Positions 18,173 through 30,600 of a stretch of DNA of 64,000 nucleotides are shown here, one piece after another. The translations under genes and the position numbers were made by a program. How positions within the stretch are numbered: the stretch's first letter is position 1; each line of letters opens with the position of its first letter. This DNA comes from Leptospiraceae bacterium (GTDB lineage: Bacteria > Spirochaetota > Leptospiria > Leptospirales > Leptonemataceae): positions 96,001-160,000 of the forward strand of contig JAVJNR010000006.1 in NCBI GenBank assembly GCA_040217195.1, written 5' to 3'. The notes below the pieces were generated by a model. That model was not told the DNA's origin. It made no database searches and worked only from the letters and a program-made list of their open reading frames with translations.

Positions 18173-18538
18173 ATGAATGATCCTGCAAGATATGAATTGG
18201 AAGTACTTCCCTGGCCCAACGCATTACTGGTCCGGGCCCGGGGAAATCTGGACATCTACACGAGCCCGGAATTCAGATTAGCTCTGGACGATTCTCGTAA
18301 GGAAGGGAAAAGGCATTTCATTCTGGATTTGTCCGGAGTTGACTATATAGATAGTACCGGCCTGGGTTCCCTGGCTTCCTTTATGGATGCTGTAAAAAAG
18401 GAAAAAGGCTCACTTCGACTGTCTGGCCTACGAGGCGTTGTACATAAGGCCTTTGTGTTTACCAATTTACTGGATCTTTTTTCGGTTCATGAGTCGGTAG
18501 AGGGGGCCCTGGAATCCATGGGTAAGGAGCTTTCTTAG
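18173..18538 (+). CDS. STAS-domain anti-sigma factor antagonist
   Basis: GNLDIYTSPEFR, LDLSGVDYIDSTGLG (phospho-Ser motif). Confidence 0.92.
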   Translation: MNDPARYELEVLPWPNALLVRARGNLDIYTSPEFRLALDDSRKEGKRHFILDLSGVDYIDSTGLGSLASFMDAVKKEKGSLRLSGLRGVVHKAFVFTNLLDLFSVHESVEGALESMGKELS

Positions 18539-18707
18539 AGTTTTTGAATTTCCGTCTGCCGATCCAGGCATATTCAGGAATCTCAGTGCACAGGGAGCGT
18601 GAGTGCAGGGCCGAAAGCCTTATTGAATTCGGTGTCAACAGCCAACGACCCATCCCTGGATTACTGAAAATCTAAATCTACTGAGCCCATATTCCAGTGG
18701 TTATAGA

Positions 18708-20042
18708 TCAATTCGATACACCACCTTTTCGTTCTTCTGCCATTGACTGAACGCTCTGTGCGAACTCTGGATAGCGCTGTAAAATTTCTTCGAATGTCTT
18801 ACGATCCAGGGTATACACATCGCAGTAATCGGTTGCTTTAACCGAAGCATTTCTGGGCGCATGATGGAGCAAAGCCACTTCTCCAAAGAACTGACCATCA
18901 GATAAAGTGGCGATGGAGTTCCTGTTGCGGTCCAGAATCTCGACTGTGCCTTTGCTGATCATATACATCTCTGTTCCAGGGTCTCCGTACTGGAAAATCA
19001 TATCGCCCGGAGTATATACCTGGGGTGTAAGGCTTAGAACAATTTCCCTTACAAGGCTGGCCGGAGCGCCCTTAAGGATTGGCATTTTTTCAAGAATATC
19101 TTGGTTTAGAGAAAGGGCTACTTCCATCTGTAAAGATCTGGGCAGATCTTTTAGAAATGAGAATTCATCGTATCCCAGGCGACTCTCCCAGAGATAGTTA
19201 TAATAGTTGCGGATTCTTTCCTGAAGTCTTGAGGGCAGATTTCTATATCTGAGAAAAGCATTCACCGTATCCATTTTCTGCTGAAAATGGGCTCGCGCCA
19301 CGTCTATGTTTGCCAGTAAATGAGCGACGTTACCAATAATGTATCCGTACATTCCGGCGCCTACAATCATGATTACGATTGCATAGACGGTTTGATGATT
19401 GTTGGACGGTACCACATCTCCGTATCCAACGGTGGTAAGAGTTGTAAATGCCCAGTAAATACCACGAACGTACCTGGTTAAAGAATCCGGAGCATCCGGA
19501 ATTCCTCCCATGGCCACCCAGCCGCATCCTACCCAGTGGCCGATCAAAGTAACCCAGAAACCAAAGAAGATTAGACGCATTATTGCCGGATTCAACAGGT
19601 CCCGATGCCCCAGTCGATGTAGCAATTGAGCCAGTCGAACAAGTCGAAGCAATCGGATGAGTCGAAGCATTCTCAAGGCTCGCAGTAGAGTAGGCGAAAT
19701 GAGTCTTGCAAGATTTGCTTCAGGTTCTCCAAGACTGTGAATCAGGATAAGATCAAATGGTACGGCGGCGAGAAAATCTACGATAAACCAACTAGAGAGA
19801 TACTTCCTTGCTACAATCTTTGGATCACTGATCAGTCTACCTTCCAGGACTATGCAAGTTCGAAAGTTTATGAAAATATCCGATGCGAAAACAGAGATTA
19901 CTATTAGGTCCAGAATAAGAATCCAGCCCTGGGCCGGATATCCAATGACCAGTCGTAAAGGAACCTCTATGGAAGCATAGGTCGTAACCAGGATAAGAAG
20001 GATTTCCCAGGTTTGCCTGAATGAATGCGAGGGATGGAGCAT
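18708..20042 (-). CDS. Cyclic nucleotide-gated potassium channel (SthK/LliK-like)
   Basis: S4 RALRMLRLIRLLRLVRL, filter TTVGYGD, C-linker, CNBD FFGEVALL...RNASV. Confidence 0.93.
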   Translation of the reverse strand: MLHPSHSFRQTWEILLILVTTYASIEVPLRLVIGYPAQGWILILDLIVISVFASDIFINFRTCIVLEGRLISDPKIVARKYLSSWFIVDFLAAVPFDLILIHSLGEPEANLARLISPTLLRALRMLRLIRLLRLVRLAQLLHRLGHRDLLNPAIMRLIFFGFWVTLIGHWVGCGWVAMGGIPDAPDSLTRYVRGIYWAFTTLTTVGYGDVVPSNNHQTVYAIVIMIVGAGMYGYIIGNVAHLLANIDVARAHFQQKMDTVNAFLRYRNLPSRLQERIRNYYNYLWESRLGYDEFSFLKDLPRSLQMEVALSLNQDILEKMPILKGAPASLVREIVLSLTPQVYTPGDMIFQYGDPGTEMYMISKGTVEILDRNRNSIATLSDGQFFGEVALLHHAPRNASVKATDYCDVYTLDRKTFEEILQRYPEFAQSVQSMAEERKGGVSN

Positions 20043-20060
20043 GGATCGACAGGCCTGGAA

Positions 20061-21233
20061 TTAGATCAGCTCATCCAGAGATACCTTTTTACTGGAATCC
20101 ATCGGTCGACCATGATCCGAACCTCCGATTTCCATTTCCCGGTTCTTCTTTTCGTAATGTGCTACTATCCTTTCCTTTAAAGGTAGCCATCTTCGATTGT
20201 AGATACTGGCCAGTCGGGAAATCTCATCCTGTGGTCGGTCCGTGAATTCAGGAATGGCCAGATTATAGTTCCATTGCCTGAGACCTCGGTCCATCATATA
20301 GACCGGTTCGGCCACGCTTTGAACAAACAATCGGCCATACAGTAGAACATATCCAAAAAGCAAGAACATGATGATTGCCAACAAACAAAGAATGAGTAGT
20401 GCCAGGTTTGCATCGGCGCGAAAGTAGGAAAGCCTGGCAGTGTACCCATCTGGAAGCTCCAGGCCAATCTGTGGACTCCATTCAGGAATGCTGTCTTTCG
20501 TCTCGTATAGAGTCTGCCCGTCTTGATCTTTCAGAAAAACGATGGCCGGAAATGCGGATGCGAACAGAGTGGGATTGGGCTTCTCGTAAGCCTGGCGATT
20601 TCCATCGTTCAGATATTCGGCCAGTGAATTTTGTACTTCGAGCTTATACACTGCATGGCCCGGTACCGGAGACACGGGCAGTAGTTGTAATAGAAACACT
20701 GAGAAAATCAGAGTCGTAACGGTTATGGTTGCTACAGTGGCTACATGATGATTTGTCATCTGCGATTCTGTATATTGCACCGGACCAAGTATGCGAAGCA
20801 TACGAATCAGTCGCAGGGCCCGGGTAACTCGTACCGCTTTTGCGGTCTTGAGTAGAACCATATACTGAGGCAGATGCTCTACCTGTCCGTCCGCGCTAAA
20901 GAAAATCAGGTAGATGGCCGGTCCGGATACCAGGGCAGCCAGAGGTACCGAGGATACGAAATCAATCCATCCTCTCTGGCGGGTAAAGTATAGCAGGAAT
21001 CGGCCTTCCTTGAGAGAAACGGTGGACCTTGCCAGAAACTCCAATGAGAAGATTAGATCAAAAGCAAAGGCTCCCAGAATCAGGTCTCGATGTGTACTGG
21101 TATCCCATGCCAGTAAAATGGCCAGTTCTTCCACACACAGGTGGCAAATGGCAAGAAAGATCATAATCAATATTATGATCTCAAAACTATGGGGAAAATG
21201 ATCCTCTGGGTACTTCCTTTTATGGGCAGCCAT
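20061..21233 (-). CDS. Membrane protein with voltage-sensor (S1-S4) domain and HAMP-like domain, no pore filter
   Basis: FDLIFSLEF (S2), WIDFVSSVP (S3), KTAKAVRVTRALRLIRMLR (S4); two further TM helices flank a soluble loop; EPVYMM...DEISRLASIYN is HAMP-like. Confidence 0.75.
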   Translation of the reverse strand: MAAHKRKYPEDHFPHSFEIIILIMIFLAICHLCVEELAILLAWDTSTHRDLILGAFAFDLIFSLEFLARSTVSLKEGRFLLYFTRQRGWIDFVSSVPLAALVSGPAIYLIFFSADGQVEHLPQYMVLLKTAKAVRVTRALRLIRMLRILGPVQYTESQMTNHHVATVATITVTTLIFSVFLLQLLPVSPVPGHAVYKLEVQNSLAEYLNDGNRQAYEKPNPTLFASAFPAIVFLKDQDGQTLYETKDSIPEWSPQIGLELPDGYTARLSYFRADANLALLILCLLAIIMFLLFGYVLLYGRLFVQSVAEPVYMMDRGLRQWNYNLAIPEFTDRPQDEISRLASIYNRRWLPLKERIVAHYEKKNREMEIGGSDHGRPMDSSKKVSLDELI

Positions 21234-21426
21234 GTCCCGCTCCTGTCCATTCTAACTGTCTTCCTTGCAGGAAGAGTCTAACATTCAGTGGCCCAACCTG
21301 GCTCCACGGATTATCCCCGGGTAGGCTCAAAGATGTATTTCAGGGAGTCCTGTGATTACGAAGACTCCCTGTTACTGGACATCGACCAATTCTGGCTGTA
21401 GGTTCTTACTTTTTCCGGGATATGGT

Positions 21427-22206
21427 TCAGATATAGCCTTTGAACCAGTAGGCCAGGGTTCCAATATACTCTTTTAACCCGATCCAGGTTTTCTGGATTC
21501 CGTGAGCGGACGGAAACAATGCCTCCGGTCCTGCAAAAAAAGTGGATGAGCGATAATCCGTAGGCACAGGAACCACTTCCAGGTCTGTTAATTCATTAAA
21601 TACGGCAACGGATCTGGGCATATGAAATGCCGAGGTAACCAGAAAGACTCGATTCCATCCCAGCTCCTCTGCTATCTGAGCGCTGTAGATAGCATTTTCG
21701 GCTGTGTTTCTGGACTGGCTTTCTGCGATAATCTGCTCTTCCCGGGCCATGTCTTGCTCCAGAAGCCAGGATTTCAGGAGCGTGGATTCAGCAGGGCCTC
21801 CTTGAAAAATCAATCCACTTCCACCAGAAAGAATCATGATGGGGGCTTTTCCAGCTCTCAGGATGGCCAGTCCTGCAAATAGTCGATTGGCCCCATCGGT
21901 GAATTCAGGTACATCCCCCCGCTGAGCTACTGGATCCATCATTCCGCCAAGAACAATAATCCCATCTGCATTCTGATGCTCAGTAACAGTGATGCTGTAC
22001 TGATCCTCAAGAGACCCCAGAATCCAGTCTGCACATACATCTGTGGACAGAAAACCAAAGAGCAGGAATCCAGCCAGAAATAGGCGTCTGGTCTTTTTTC
22101 GCTCAGTACCTTTGGTGGCCCGCCATCCCAGGATCAATAGCAGAAAGTACGCCGCCGGATACAGACTAAACAGAAGAGTGAAAAGCTTGGATAGATAGAA
22201 GAACAT
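21427..22206 (-). CDS. YdcF/ElyC (DUF218) family protein
   Basis: IIVLGG, ILSGG, ESQSRNTAENA, LVTSAFHMPRS, KEYIG. Confidence 0.92.
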   Translation of the reverse strand: MFFYLSKLFTLLFSLYPAAYFLLLILGWRATKGTERKKTRRLFLAGFLLFGFLSTDVCADWILGSLEDQYSITVTEHQNADGIIVLGGMMDPVAQRGDVPEFTDGANRLFAGLAILRAGKAPIMILSGGSGLIFQGGPAESTLLKSWLLEQDMAREEQIIAESQSRNTAENAIYSAQIAEELGWNRVFLVTSAFHMPRSVAVFNELTDLEVVPVPTDYRSSTFFAGPEALFPSAHGIQKTWIGLKEYIGTLAYWFKGYI

Positions 22207-22425
22207 GGCCCAGCTTTCCGGGCTGAATCGTTAGATCAATCCTGGTAGAAAATTTTGGTCCTTTTTAGGAATGCGCAGATCGAACCGAATTCAGCCGGAT
22301 TGTCGGGCATTGAGGCGACCACGGCGAATCCCCCGGACTTAAAAACAGAGGCACCAGAGGACCCAGAAAGCCAACATCCGAGTATTTTTTCATATCCATC
22401 AAAATCTGGCGATTTTTTAGCCAGG

Positions 22426-22442
22426 CTGGCATGAAATACGCT
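22426..22442 (+). promoter_or_regulatory. Possible sigma54 promoter
   Basis: CTGGCATGAAATACGCT is GG-N10-GC with a good -24 element and a weak -12 element. Confidence 0.4.
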
Positions 22443-22559
22443 ATACTATATACAAAAAGGCATCGTTTTGTTTAAATTCTGGGCATATTGGCCGGAGCAG
22501 TAAATCCTGCCCGGTTAGACGCGCCTATATATTCGGCAGAATGTCTTTAAAGAGGGCAC

Positions 22560-24671
22560 ATGACCGTTAAGATTACAGACCTGGCAGCACACTTTGTAGA
22601 AGAGATTACCTCTGCCATGAGTCGGATTGAGGACCCGGAAGAAATTCTAGATGGGTTGCTCTCCGACTGTATTGAGGCCACCCAGGCCGACTCCGGAAGC
22701 ATCATGCTGCTTGATTCCTCCGGTGAGTATCTGGAAGCCCGAGTTGTGCGTGGACTGAACCTGGTTGGCGGTAAGCTGAGATTAAAGCTCGGAGAGGGGG
22801 TCACCGGCTGGGTAGCCCGGGAAGGGAAGTATCGTCTGGTGAGTAATGCCAGCGAAGAGCAGGATTACATTCGATTAAAAGAAGATCTGCAATCTGAGCT
22901 GGCTGTTCCAATGATGGCCCGTGGTCAACTGATGGGAGTCCTCTCTGTGGATGCCAGGCGGCCAGGAGCGTTCACCCAGGAAGATGCAGATTTCCTGAGA
23001 ATCATGTCCAATCTGGCGGCTCAAATCTTTGTTCGCCTGGAAGACAACCGACTACTGAAGATACGGGATCGATTTCATCAAGTAATGATGGAGATTTCCC
23101 GCGTTGTATCTCATTCCCTGAAACTAAAGGAAGTATTCCGTGAAATCATGCAGATCACGGAGAAAGCCTTTCGACTGAATCGAAGTACGTTATTCCTGTA
23201 CAATTCAGAGGAAGGTTTGCTCAAGATCGCCGCTGCAAGTGGATTGGACGAGCGAGAGACATTATCCATTACCTACAGTTCAGGCGAAGGGATTACCGGT
23301 GGAGTGTTCCAGAGCAAGAAAGCTATCTTTATTCCCAGCGTTAAGAATGAAACCGGCTTTTTGAATCGAATGAAGACCGTTCCAGAAAGCGGCGATATGG
23401 GCTATTTTTGCTGTCCCATTTTCTCTGGAACCGAAGTGGTTGGAGTGTTTTCCACTTTCACGCATCCACAAACCGGTGTGGATCCAGACTCGGTACTTGA
23501 GTTTCTGGAAATTCTGGGCTCAATCATCTCCCAGGCAATTACGATTCAAAGACTTGTTCAAGAAGAGACCAGAGTCATTACCCATGAAAACCTGAAACTA
23601 AAGCAGGAGCTTTCCAGTCGCTATCAATTTGGAAGCTTAATAGGCCGTTCTTCATCCATGCTTCGACTGTTCGAAAAGGTAAGGATTATCGCGGATTCCA
23701 GAGCTTCGGTTCTACTGACAGGCGAATCCGGAACCGGTAAGGAATTGATTGCAAGTGCTATTCATTACAATAGTCCTCGGCGTGAGCGACCATTCATTAA
23801 GATCAATTGCGCAGCCATTCCTGAGAATCTTCTGGAAAGCGAACTATTCGGTCACCGTAAAGGGGCATTTACTGGAGCGGTAGGCGATAAGAAAGGTAAA
23901 TTCGAAATCGCCGATGGAGGAACCATCTTCCTGGATGAAATTGGGGAGATGGATCTAAATCTACAGTCCAAGCTACTGCGCGTACTTCAGGAAAGGGAAA
24001 TTGAGCCTGTGGGCGGTCGCACCCGCCAGGTAGACATTCGAGTCATTGCTGCAACCAATGCCGAACTGGAAGAGCTAATTGCACAAAAGCTGTTTAGGCC
24101 TGATCTCTATTATCGTCTGAATGTAATTAATCTCAGAATTCCTGCACTTCGTGATCGCCGAGAGGATACAGTTCTTCTGGTACATCACTTTATTGATAAG
24201 TACAACAAAGAAAATGAGAAGAAGATTACCAGTATTTCGCATGATGCCATGCGAATGCTGGAGAATCATGACTGGCCGGGAAATGTTCGGGAATTGGAGA
24301 ATGTTATTGAGCGTGCTGTGGTAATGGCTCAAAATACAATTCTTGATGTTGAGGATTTTACAGATATTACTTTGCCATTTTCTGCCGAGAAGACTGCAGC
24401 GACGGAACCAGAAGTTGTAAGTAATGAACCAGAGGAAATACAGGAAAGTGGACCGGAGACCACTTCAGCGGTTGCGGCTCTGATTTCTGAGGAAGAGCTG
24501 GATAATATGGAAGGCAAGGTTTATGAAACCGTAATTTCAGAAGTGGAGCGCCGGCTAATCGTCATGGCCTTAAAGCGGTTTCGCTATACTAAGACCAGGG
24601 CGGCCCGATTCCTTGGAATCAACCGAAACACCCTGGATAAAAAAATTAAAGAACTGGAAATAGACTATTAA
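22560..24671 (+). CDS. sigma54-dependent activator (bEBP) with two GAF domains, NifA/FhlA-like
   Basis: [37 protein letters not shown], Fis-type HTH. Confidence 0.95.
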   Translation: MTVKITDLAAHFVEEITSAMSRIEDPEEILDGLLSDCIEATQADSGSIMLLDSSGEYLEARVVRGLNLVGGKLRLKLGEGVTGWVAREGKYRLVSNASEEQDYIRLKEDLQSELAVPMMARGQLMGVLSVDARRPGAFTQEDADFLRIMSNLAAQIFVRLEDNRLLKIRDRFHQVMMEISRVVSHSLKLKEVFREIMQITEKAFRLNRSTLFLYNSEEGLLKIAAASGLDERETLSITYSSGEGITGGVFQSKKAIFIPSVKNETGFLNRMKTVPESGDMGYFCCPIFSGTEVVGVFSTFTHPQTGVDPDSVLEFLEILGSIISQAITIQRLVQEETRVITHENLKLKQELSSRYQFGSLIGRSSSMLRLFEKVRIIADSRASVLLTGESGTGKELIASAIHYNSPRRERPFIKINCAAIPENLLESELFGHRKGAFTGAVGDKKGKFEIADGGTIFLDEIGEMDLNLQSKLLRVLQEREIEPVGGRTRQVDIRVIAATNAELEELIAQKLFRPDLYYRLNVINLRIPALRDRREDTVLLVHHFIDKYNKENEKKITSISHDAMRMLENHDWPGNVRELENVIERAVVMAQNTILDVEDFTDITLPFSAEKTAATEPEVVSNEPEEIQESGPETTSAVAALISEEELDNMEGKVYETVISEVERRLIVMALKRFRYTKTRAARFLGINRNTLDKKIKELEIDY

Positions 24672-24683
24672 ACAGGTCCTGGA

Positions 24684-27600
24684 TCATGGGCGAATCCAGC
24701 GCGAAGTGACAAGCCGGTACCCATACACAGAATTACTGTAGCTCAGGTCTCGGATCATCAATGCATATGCGTGCACATATCGTTGATGCAATCCGCTCTC
24801 CGGCAATGAACGATCGTAAAAATGTTTCACAAAGAAGGCATGGGCCGTGCCCGCAGGCCTTACAATGCTCAGCAATCCAGGCGCATCTGTGTTTTCTCCC
24901 AGTCTGATAAGGAAATCCCTGAGCTGAGCACGATTCAGGTCCACCAGGTAAGTATCGGAAAGGAAAAATGGAAGGCCCCGATTGTTATAGATGGGTTGGT
25001 GCGGATTGCCTGAAAAATGATGGTACAGAGAAGGGTTGCCCACGGAAGTATTTTCCAGGGCACTTAGTTCCATATCGCCCATCCTCCCAATTAGATTCGC
25101 ACTTTGTCCGGGATAGACACCCGGGCGACCGGATACTGACACACGAAAGTTCCCTTTCAGCGCCAGATCACCACGAAACGGTTCTGCGCCCGCAATCGTT
25201 GCTGGGTCCAGAACCTGATATAACTGATCTCCGGTACGAGGAATAATGGGAGCCAGGGCATGGGCCGTGGGGAACCAGAAATAATGAGGAACATCGGTGC
25301 GTCCTGGAAGAATAGAGCGATAAAAGTCTGATAGTGTGGTTGCCAGTTGATCATGGGGCTGGTTATTGCGAATCCGTTGCTTGAATTCTTCCAGGTTCGC
25401 TCGCATTTCTCGTGCGCTGGCACCCAGGTCTTTTTGTTCCAGGCCTCGGGATGTAAGGATAATCGAATAGAACTTATCACCCGCATCTACAAGTACTGTA
25501 AGCGATTGATTCTCTGGAATGGTGCGAATTATCATTCCAGCAATATCTAACATGGGCGGCAGTTTGTCTCCGGCGCCCAGTATCGAATCCTGATAGAACT
25601 CCAGATTCGCCAGGGTCTTCCAGTTGTTGTCTTGTATAGCCCTTCGCTTGAGCAGAAAAAGCGCTATACTTCGTTCCTGTTGCAGGTTCGGAATGCCGGC
25701 CCCTTTTTCCAGTTCCCGGACTATTTTATCATAGTCCCGTCTATCAGGAGCGCCGGGCAGTCCAATGAGCATGTCTGCCATTTTTCGCACTGGCGTTACT
25801 GTCATAAATTCGCCCAGCAATGGATCTGAGATGGGCTTATCGTAGAGTCTGTACCATACAGCCAATCTTCCTCTTCGCACATTATCGCTTTCCAGGGAGC
25901 CTTCCCGGTATTCCAGGTGCTTCGCATAGAAGCGATATCCAGTGTCTGGATCCATCTTATTCAAATAGGACTCGGAAGCAACAAGTGCAAACCAGGAAGC
26001 CCGAGCTCTTGAATAGGCTGCCTCCGCATTGATAAGATCCATTAGCATTCCCGCTATCTGCAGTCCCGGATCTATATCCACGGACTGAATGAGCAAATGA
26101 AACATCAAAGCTCGATCAACGCTGGAAAGATACAGGCAGCTGGTTTCTCCGTCATCTGACAGGCCTACCAGGTCTGTTATCTGTCTGCCGTCGGGCAATA
26201 CCTTCTGAATGGCCGTGAATGCATTGGCCTCGGAAAGATCCTCTTCTTTTACAGGGATGCAGCGAAGCTGCTCAAAGGATATGGAATTTCCTGTGCGACT
26301 ATTCTTCCACTGATTCAATAATTGCTTTCTATGTTCTCCCTGCTCCTCGGGTACAGTGGGAGGGAGGTTCGCTACCAGGTCATCAAAGAACTTCCAGCGA
26401 CCGGCCAGGGATTCTGCCAGCAGAAAGGCTGTATCTGTGCGAACTGATCCCGGAATGCGAAAATCCGATTTCTGAAGCAACGCTGCCTGGATCTGTGCCT
26501 CACCGGCCAGTTCACGGCTCTGCGAATCAAAGTCATTTTGTAGTAATTGATTGGCCCGGTCCGTGGCACCATGATGAATCAGGTGTCTGGCTGCTCCTTT
26601 TCTGTCTTCCGGTCCCTGCAAATAGCTTTCCAGCCCATCCGGCGAAAGCCTGGCTTCTTTTAGCGCTGTGGCGGGGGAAGGGGAGCTTTCCAGGATGGCC
26701 AACGAAAGGTAATTTCTCAGTCGCCCCACCATGTCGCCGGCCAATTCCGGATACTTCTCTGAAAACTCTCTGGATAGTTCATTTCCGGCCTGGATCTGGC
26801 CGGCTTCATAGAGTCCACGAATACGCTCCGAGTATAGGAGCAGGGCATCTGCCGGGTCCTGGCCCAGGTTCAGAGACTCGGGAAAGAAGAATAGGCCATC
26901 TTGAGAGTTCAGTCTGGCCAGAGAACGATTTAATATGCTGGCTGCTTCCAGGCTTTCCGGTCCATTCAGCAATTGTCGCAAGGATAGAGCCCTGGATGCC
27001 AGTAATGCTGCTTTCTCATTCTCTCTTTCGCTCAACGCGGCTCGGGCCTGTTGCTCCGAAGCGCTGGCATCCTGCAGAATGTAGGACTCCATGGCGCTGG
27101 CATCAAAACCGGATACTCCGAAAATAGGGGCTCCAGACTTTGCATAGCTATCCTTCCCGGCCATGGTCAGGATCTGTTGATACTGATCATCATCGGCCAC
27201 GGCTACCGTGGCTCCTCCCGATGCTCGAAACACCTCATAGGCATTCCGAATAGACTGGAACCTCTGAACCGGATCTTCTTCATCTGGATGCAAGAATAGT
27301 ATGGAGGCCTGACCCGGCTCACGGATGGCCTGCCGGAGGTTATAGCCTGGATCTTTGCGCCCTGCGAAGAGCTCGAAAGCAGGAGTGGACTCATGCACCA
27401 GATGATTGCTTCGATTCACGGGTGCACTACCTGCATTCCAAATATTTCGGCGCCCCTGAGCACCCTTTAGATCCCGGGGACTGCCAATAAATCCAAGGGC
27501 GTCTTCGAGATCCATAATCGTGCTGGTAAATACAGGCTCCGGCAGATCGCTTCTGAGGTCTGGAATTCGAACATGTAGATCCCATACGAAGGATCTGTGA

Positions 27601-30600
27601 TCCGGTATTACGATCAGTTCACTGGCCTTTTCTGGGAGGCATTGCTTTAAGAACTCATCTATTTCCTGATCCTTAAATGGGCGAAAGGTAACCTGTCGAT
27701 CGAATACCAGACATCCGCCGCCAGGCTGATTTACAAAAAACTGAATTAAGACCTTATTAGCAGAAGGGGCGGGAATGGTTTCATCCAGTATCAGGAATGG
27801 TTTTAATAGCGGTCGCGCCTGCACCAGGCTTTGCTGGACGTAGGACAGATCATTTCGCAATTCCTGATTATATCTGGCAAGGTCTTCAAAATTCTTGTGC
27901 TGCAATCGCAGAACGGATTCCTGTCTGGAGCTACGGGAAAGTGTTGAAAGTATATTCAACATCACTCGATGTTGCTCGTCTTCAATGCCATTGGCTAACT
28001 GCAATGGATATCGAAGAAACTGATTTTGCAAATTGCTCTGACGCTTTAATTCAAGTACCTGAAGTGCTCGGCGCGGCGCTCCCTCTTTTATATAGAAACG
28101 CGCCAGACTGTCGAAATAGTCCGGAAGTCTACTCGAAACACGATGACGTAAATCCGGAAACTGCAGCAAGATGCTCAGAGATTTTTCATAGTTTCGGCGA
28201 GCTTCTGCCGGTTCCTTTCTGGCGGCGAAAGCATCGCCCAGGGTACGGTAGGTGGCCCAGTACTCTCGCAATGCATTGTACTCATAGGTTTCATCTGCCA
28301 GGTCACGGAGCTCGTTGATAGCCTCGGATGTCTTGTTCAGCAATAGCTGCGTTCTGGCCAGATTCAGTCTGGCACGCATGGCCTGAAATCCAGGTACCTG
28401 CCCTCGAGCGGCCAGGGCTTTTAATGCATCATTAAATAATTGTTCTGCCTTACTGGCCGATTCTGTGGAGTCGGATGTGTTATTGGCACTGGCCTGTTGC
28501 AATGCAATGTAATAGTAGGTCTGGCCTTCCAGAACCAGAAAGTCCACCACTCGCTGATTCACTCGTTCTTCTACAATGGGATCATCCCGTCGTTCGTCGT
28601 AGCTGAAATCTGGATCTTCTGTAACTTTTTCTTCTATATAGTCCTCTTTGATTTCTTCCCTGTATCGCTCCTGCTGAGTGCGCAATAGAGCCACAGAATC
28701 CTGCAGTCTATCAATTGTGGCATAAGGATGGCCTGCTTCGGAGGCCATGAATAGTACAACGTATGAGTTCTTGAAGTTGGTGAAGAAACTATCCAGAAAA
28801 TTCCAGTCCAGGGCTTTCTCTGCTGCCTCCTGGAACACTTCATGAGCCTGGTCAAACTTCTGTAGATTGACCAGGTTGAGTGCCTTCTGATTCTCAGAGG
28901 AAAGAACACCCTGCTTGCCCAGAATTACATCCCCGTCCTCGGATTCGAATACATCCTTTCGCTTCTCAATCAAGGCCAGGGCCCGATCCAGGTCTCCCAG
29001 CAAAACGGCATTTTCTAGCTGGATTCCCAGGGAAAGCTCATACTGTCGCAGGCTGGAAAAGCCATAGGGTGTACGTCCTTCGCCTATAACGGAGAAATCC
29101 TCGCCGTAACCCAGAATACAGTCCAGAGCACGACCACCGATCGTCTGAGGCTGGTACCGACTGTCTTCTCGATCCAGCCCTCGATTCAAGCTAACCTTCT
29201 CCGCCAGTTCAGCTGAGCTGTCTGAAGCGGAATACATTCCGGCGGATTGATAACTCATGGCCATGAAGTTCAGTAATCCGGACCGGGCCACGCCGTCCGG
29301 TACCTGGGGCTTCTGGCGATACAGAATATATTCTGCCTCCCGGTAAGAAGAGATGGCTTCTCTATATTGGCCGGCTTCGCTCAGGGCCAGTCCTCGCAGA
29401 GAGGAAATTAGTGCCAGGCGATAACGACTCTGCAATAGTTTTTGCTCTGTTTCCTTTAACAGTCGGTCCAGGTAGGCCGGATAATCCTGTCCGGATGTGC
29501 GAAACTTCAGTTCCGTAAATCGCTGGAAAGTGGGACGATACTCATTGACTTCGAAGATCTGGCGGGCCTTCTGCAAATCTTCAGCGGCGCGAATTACCTG
29601 CCCCTCATAATAAGCAGATCGCCCGCGATTGAAGAAATACAGCGCTTCCTGAAGATAGCCTGAAAACAGCCGATGAGAACTCTGGTCCTTTAGTTCTTCA
29701 ACCAGTCTGTAATGCTCGGAAGCCCTTTTAAAGTTCAGCAACTTGAAATGATTGTTGGCCAGGTTCAGATTCAGTAGAGCCTTACTTACCGGATCTGCAT
29801 TTTGACCCAGCCTGGTAAGAGCCTGGTTGTATAGCTCAATGTTTTTTTCATATAACCTGTCCGGAAAATAGGCTACATACAGATCGCGATAATAAGCTCC
29901 GTCCTGATATTCTGCAGGTCTGGCTCCGGTGATTGTTCGAAATGCTTGCTCAATTAGATCAGGCTCAATGAGCAACCGGGAATCCCGGCGTTCATCTACA
30001 TATTGATATAACCAGCCTAGAAGCAGATAGGCATCCACATTGTCCGGCTCTACGTAGAGGATGTACTGCAGCTGATATTCGGCTTCTTTCAGATCTCGAA
30101 GCACCGCTTCCTTCTTTTCTCGTAAAAAGCCATTGCTTAGATCCTGGCCTTCTTTGAGCAGGCCATCGTAGAATTGTTCTCGTTCTACTGACTTCTGGAC
30201 CAGGGCGTATGCGTAACCGTAAAGCAATGAATGATCAAAGAACTGCCTGGCCTCCGGCGATGCGTAGCGATAACCATAGACTACTTCATTGAAGATCCGG
30301 GCTTCAAATGGATCCCCTTCGCTGAGTAGATCTGTCAGGGGCGCTGTAGGATCCAGTTCAATCTTCTGTCTTTCCCAGGAGAGCCTCTTCTTATTTCGCT
30401 CCACAGCAAGATCTACTTTCATTCGATGAAAGAATACAGCTTTCCGTTTGTACAGTGCCGGGAACAGATCTGCCTTCTTTACGAAAAGGAAGAGAATGTT
30501 CATACTGTTTGCGTTGGCATAGCTGGACAAATAAAGCAAATCCGCAGCCACCTGCGCATCCTGGAAGGGCAAATCCACGGTCTTGCCTGAGAAGAAATCC

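Noticed and set aside
22560..24671. nifA / nitrogen fixation
   Set aside because: No nif genes in the window; the dual-GAF bEBP architecture is not specific.
26219..27127. 302-aa plus-strand ORF and other antisense ORFs inside long genes
   Set aside because: Shadow ORFs with Pro/Arg/Trp-biased composition lying opposite well-supported genes.
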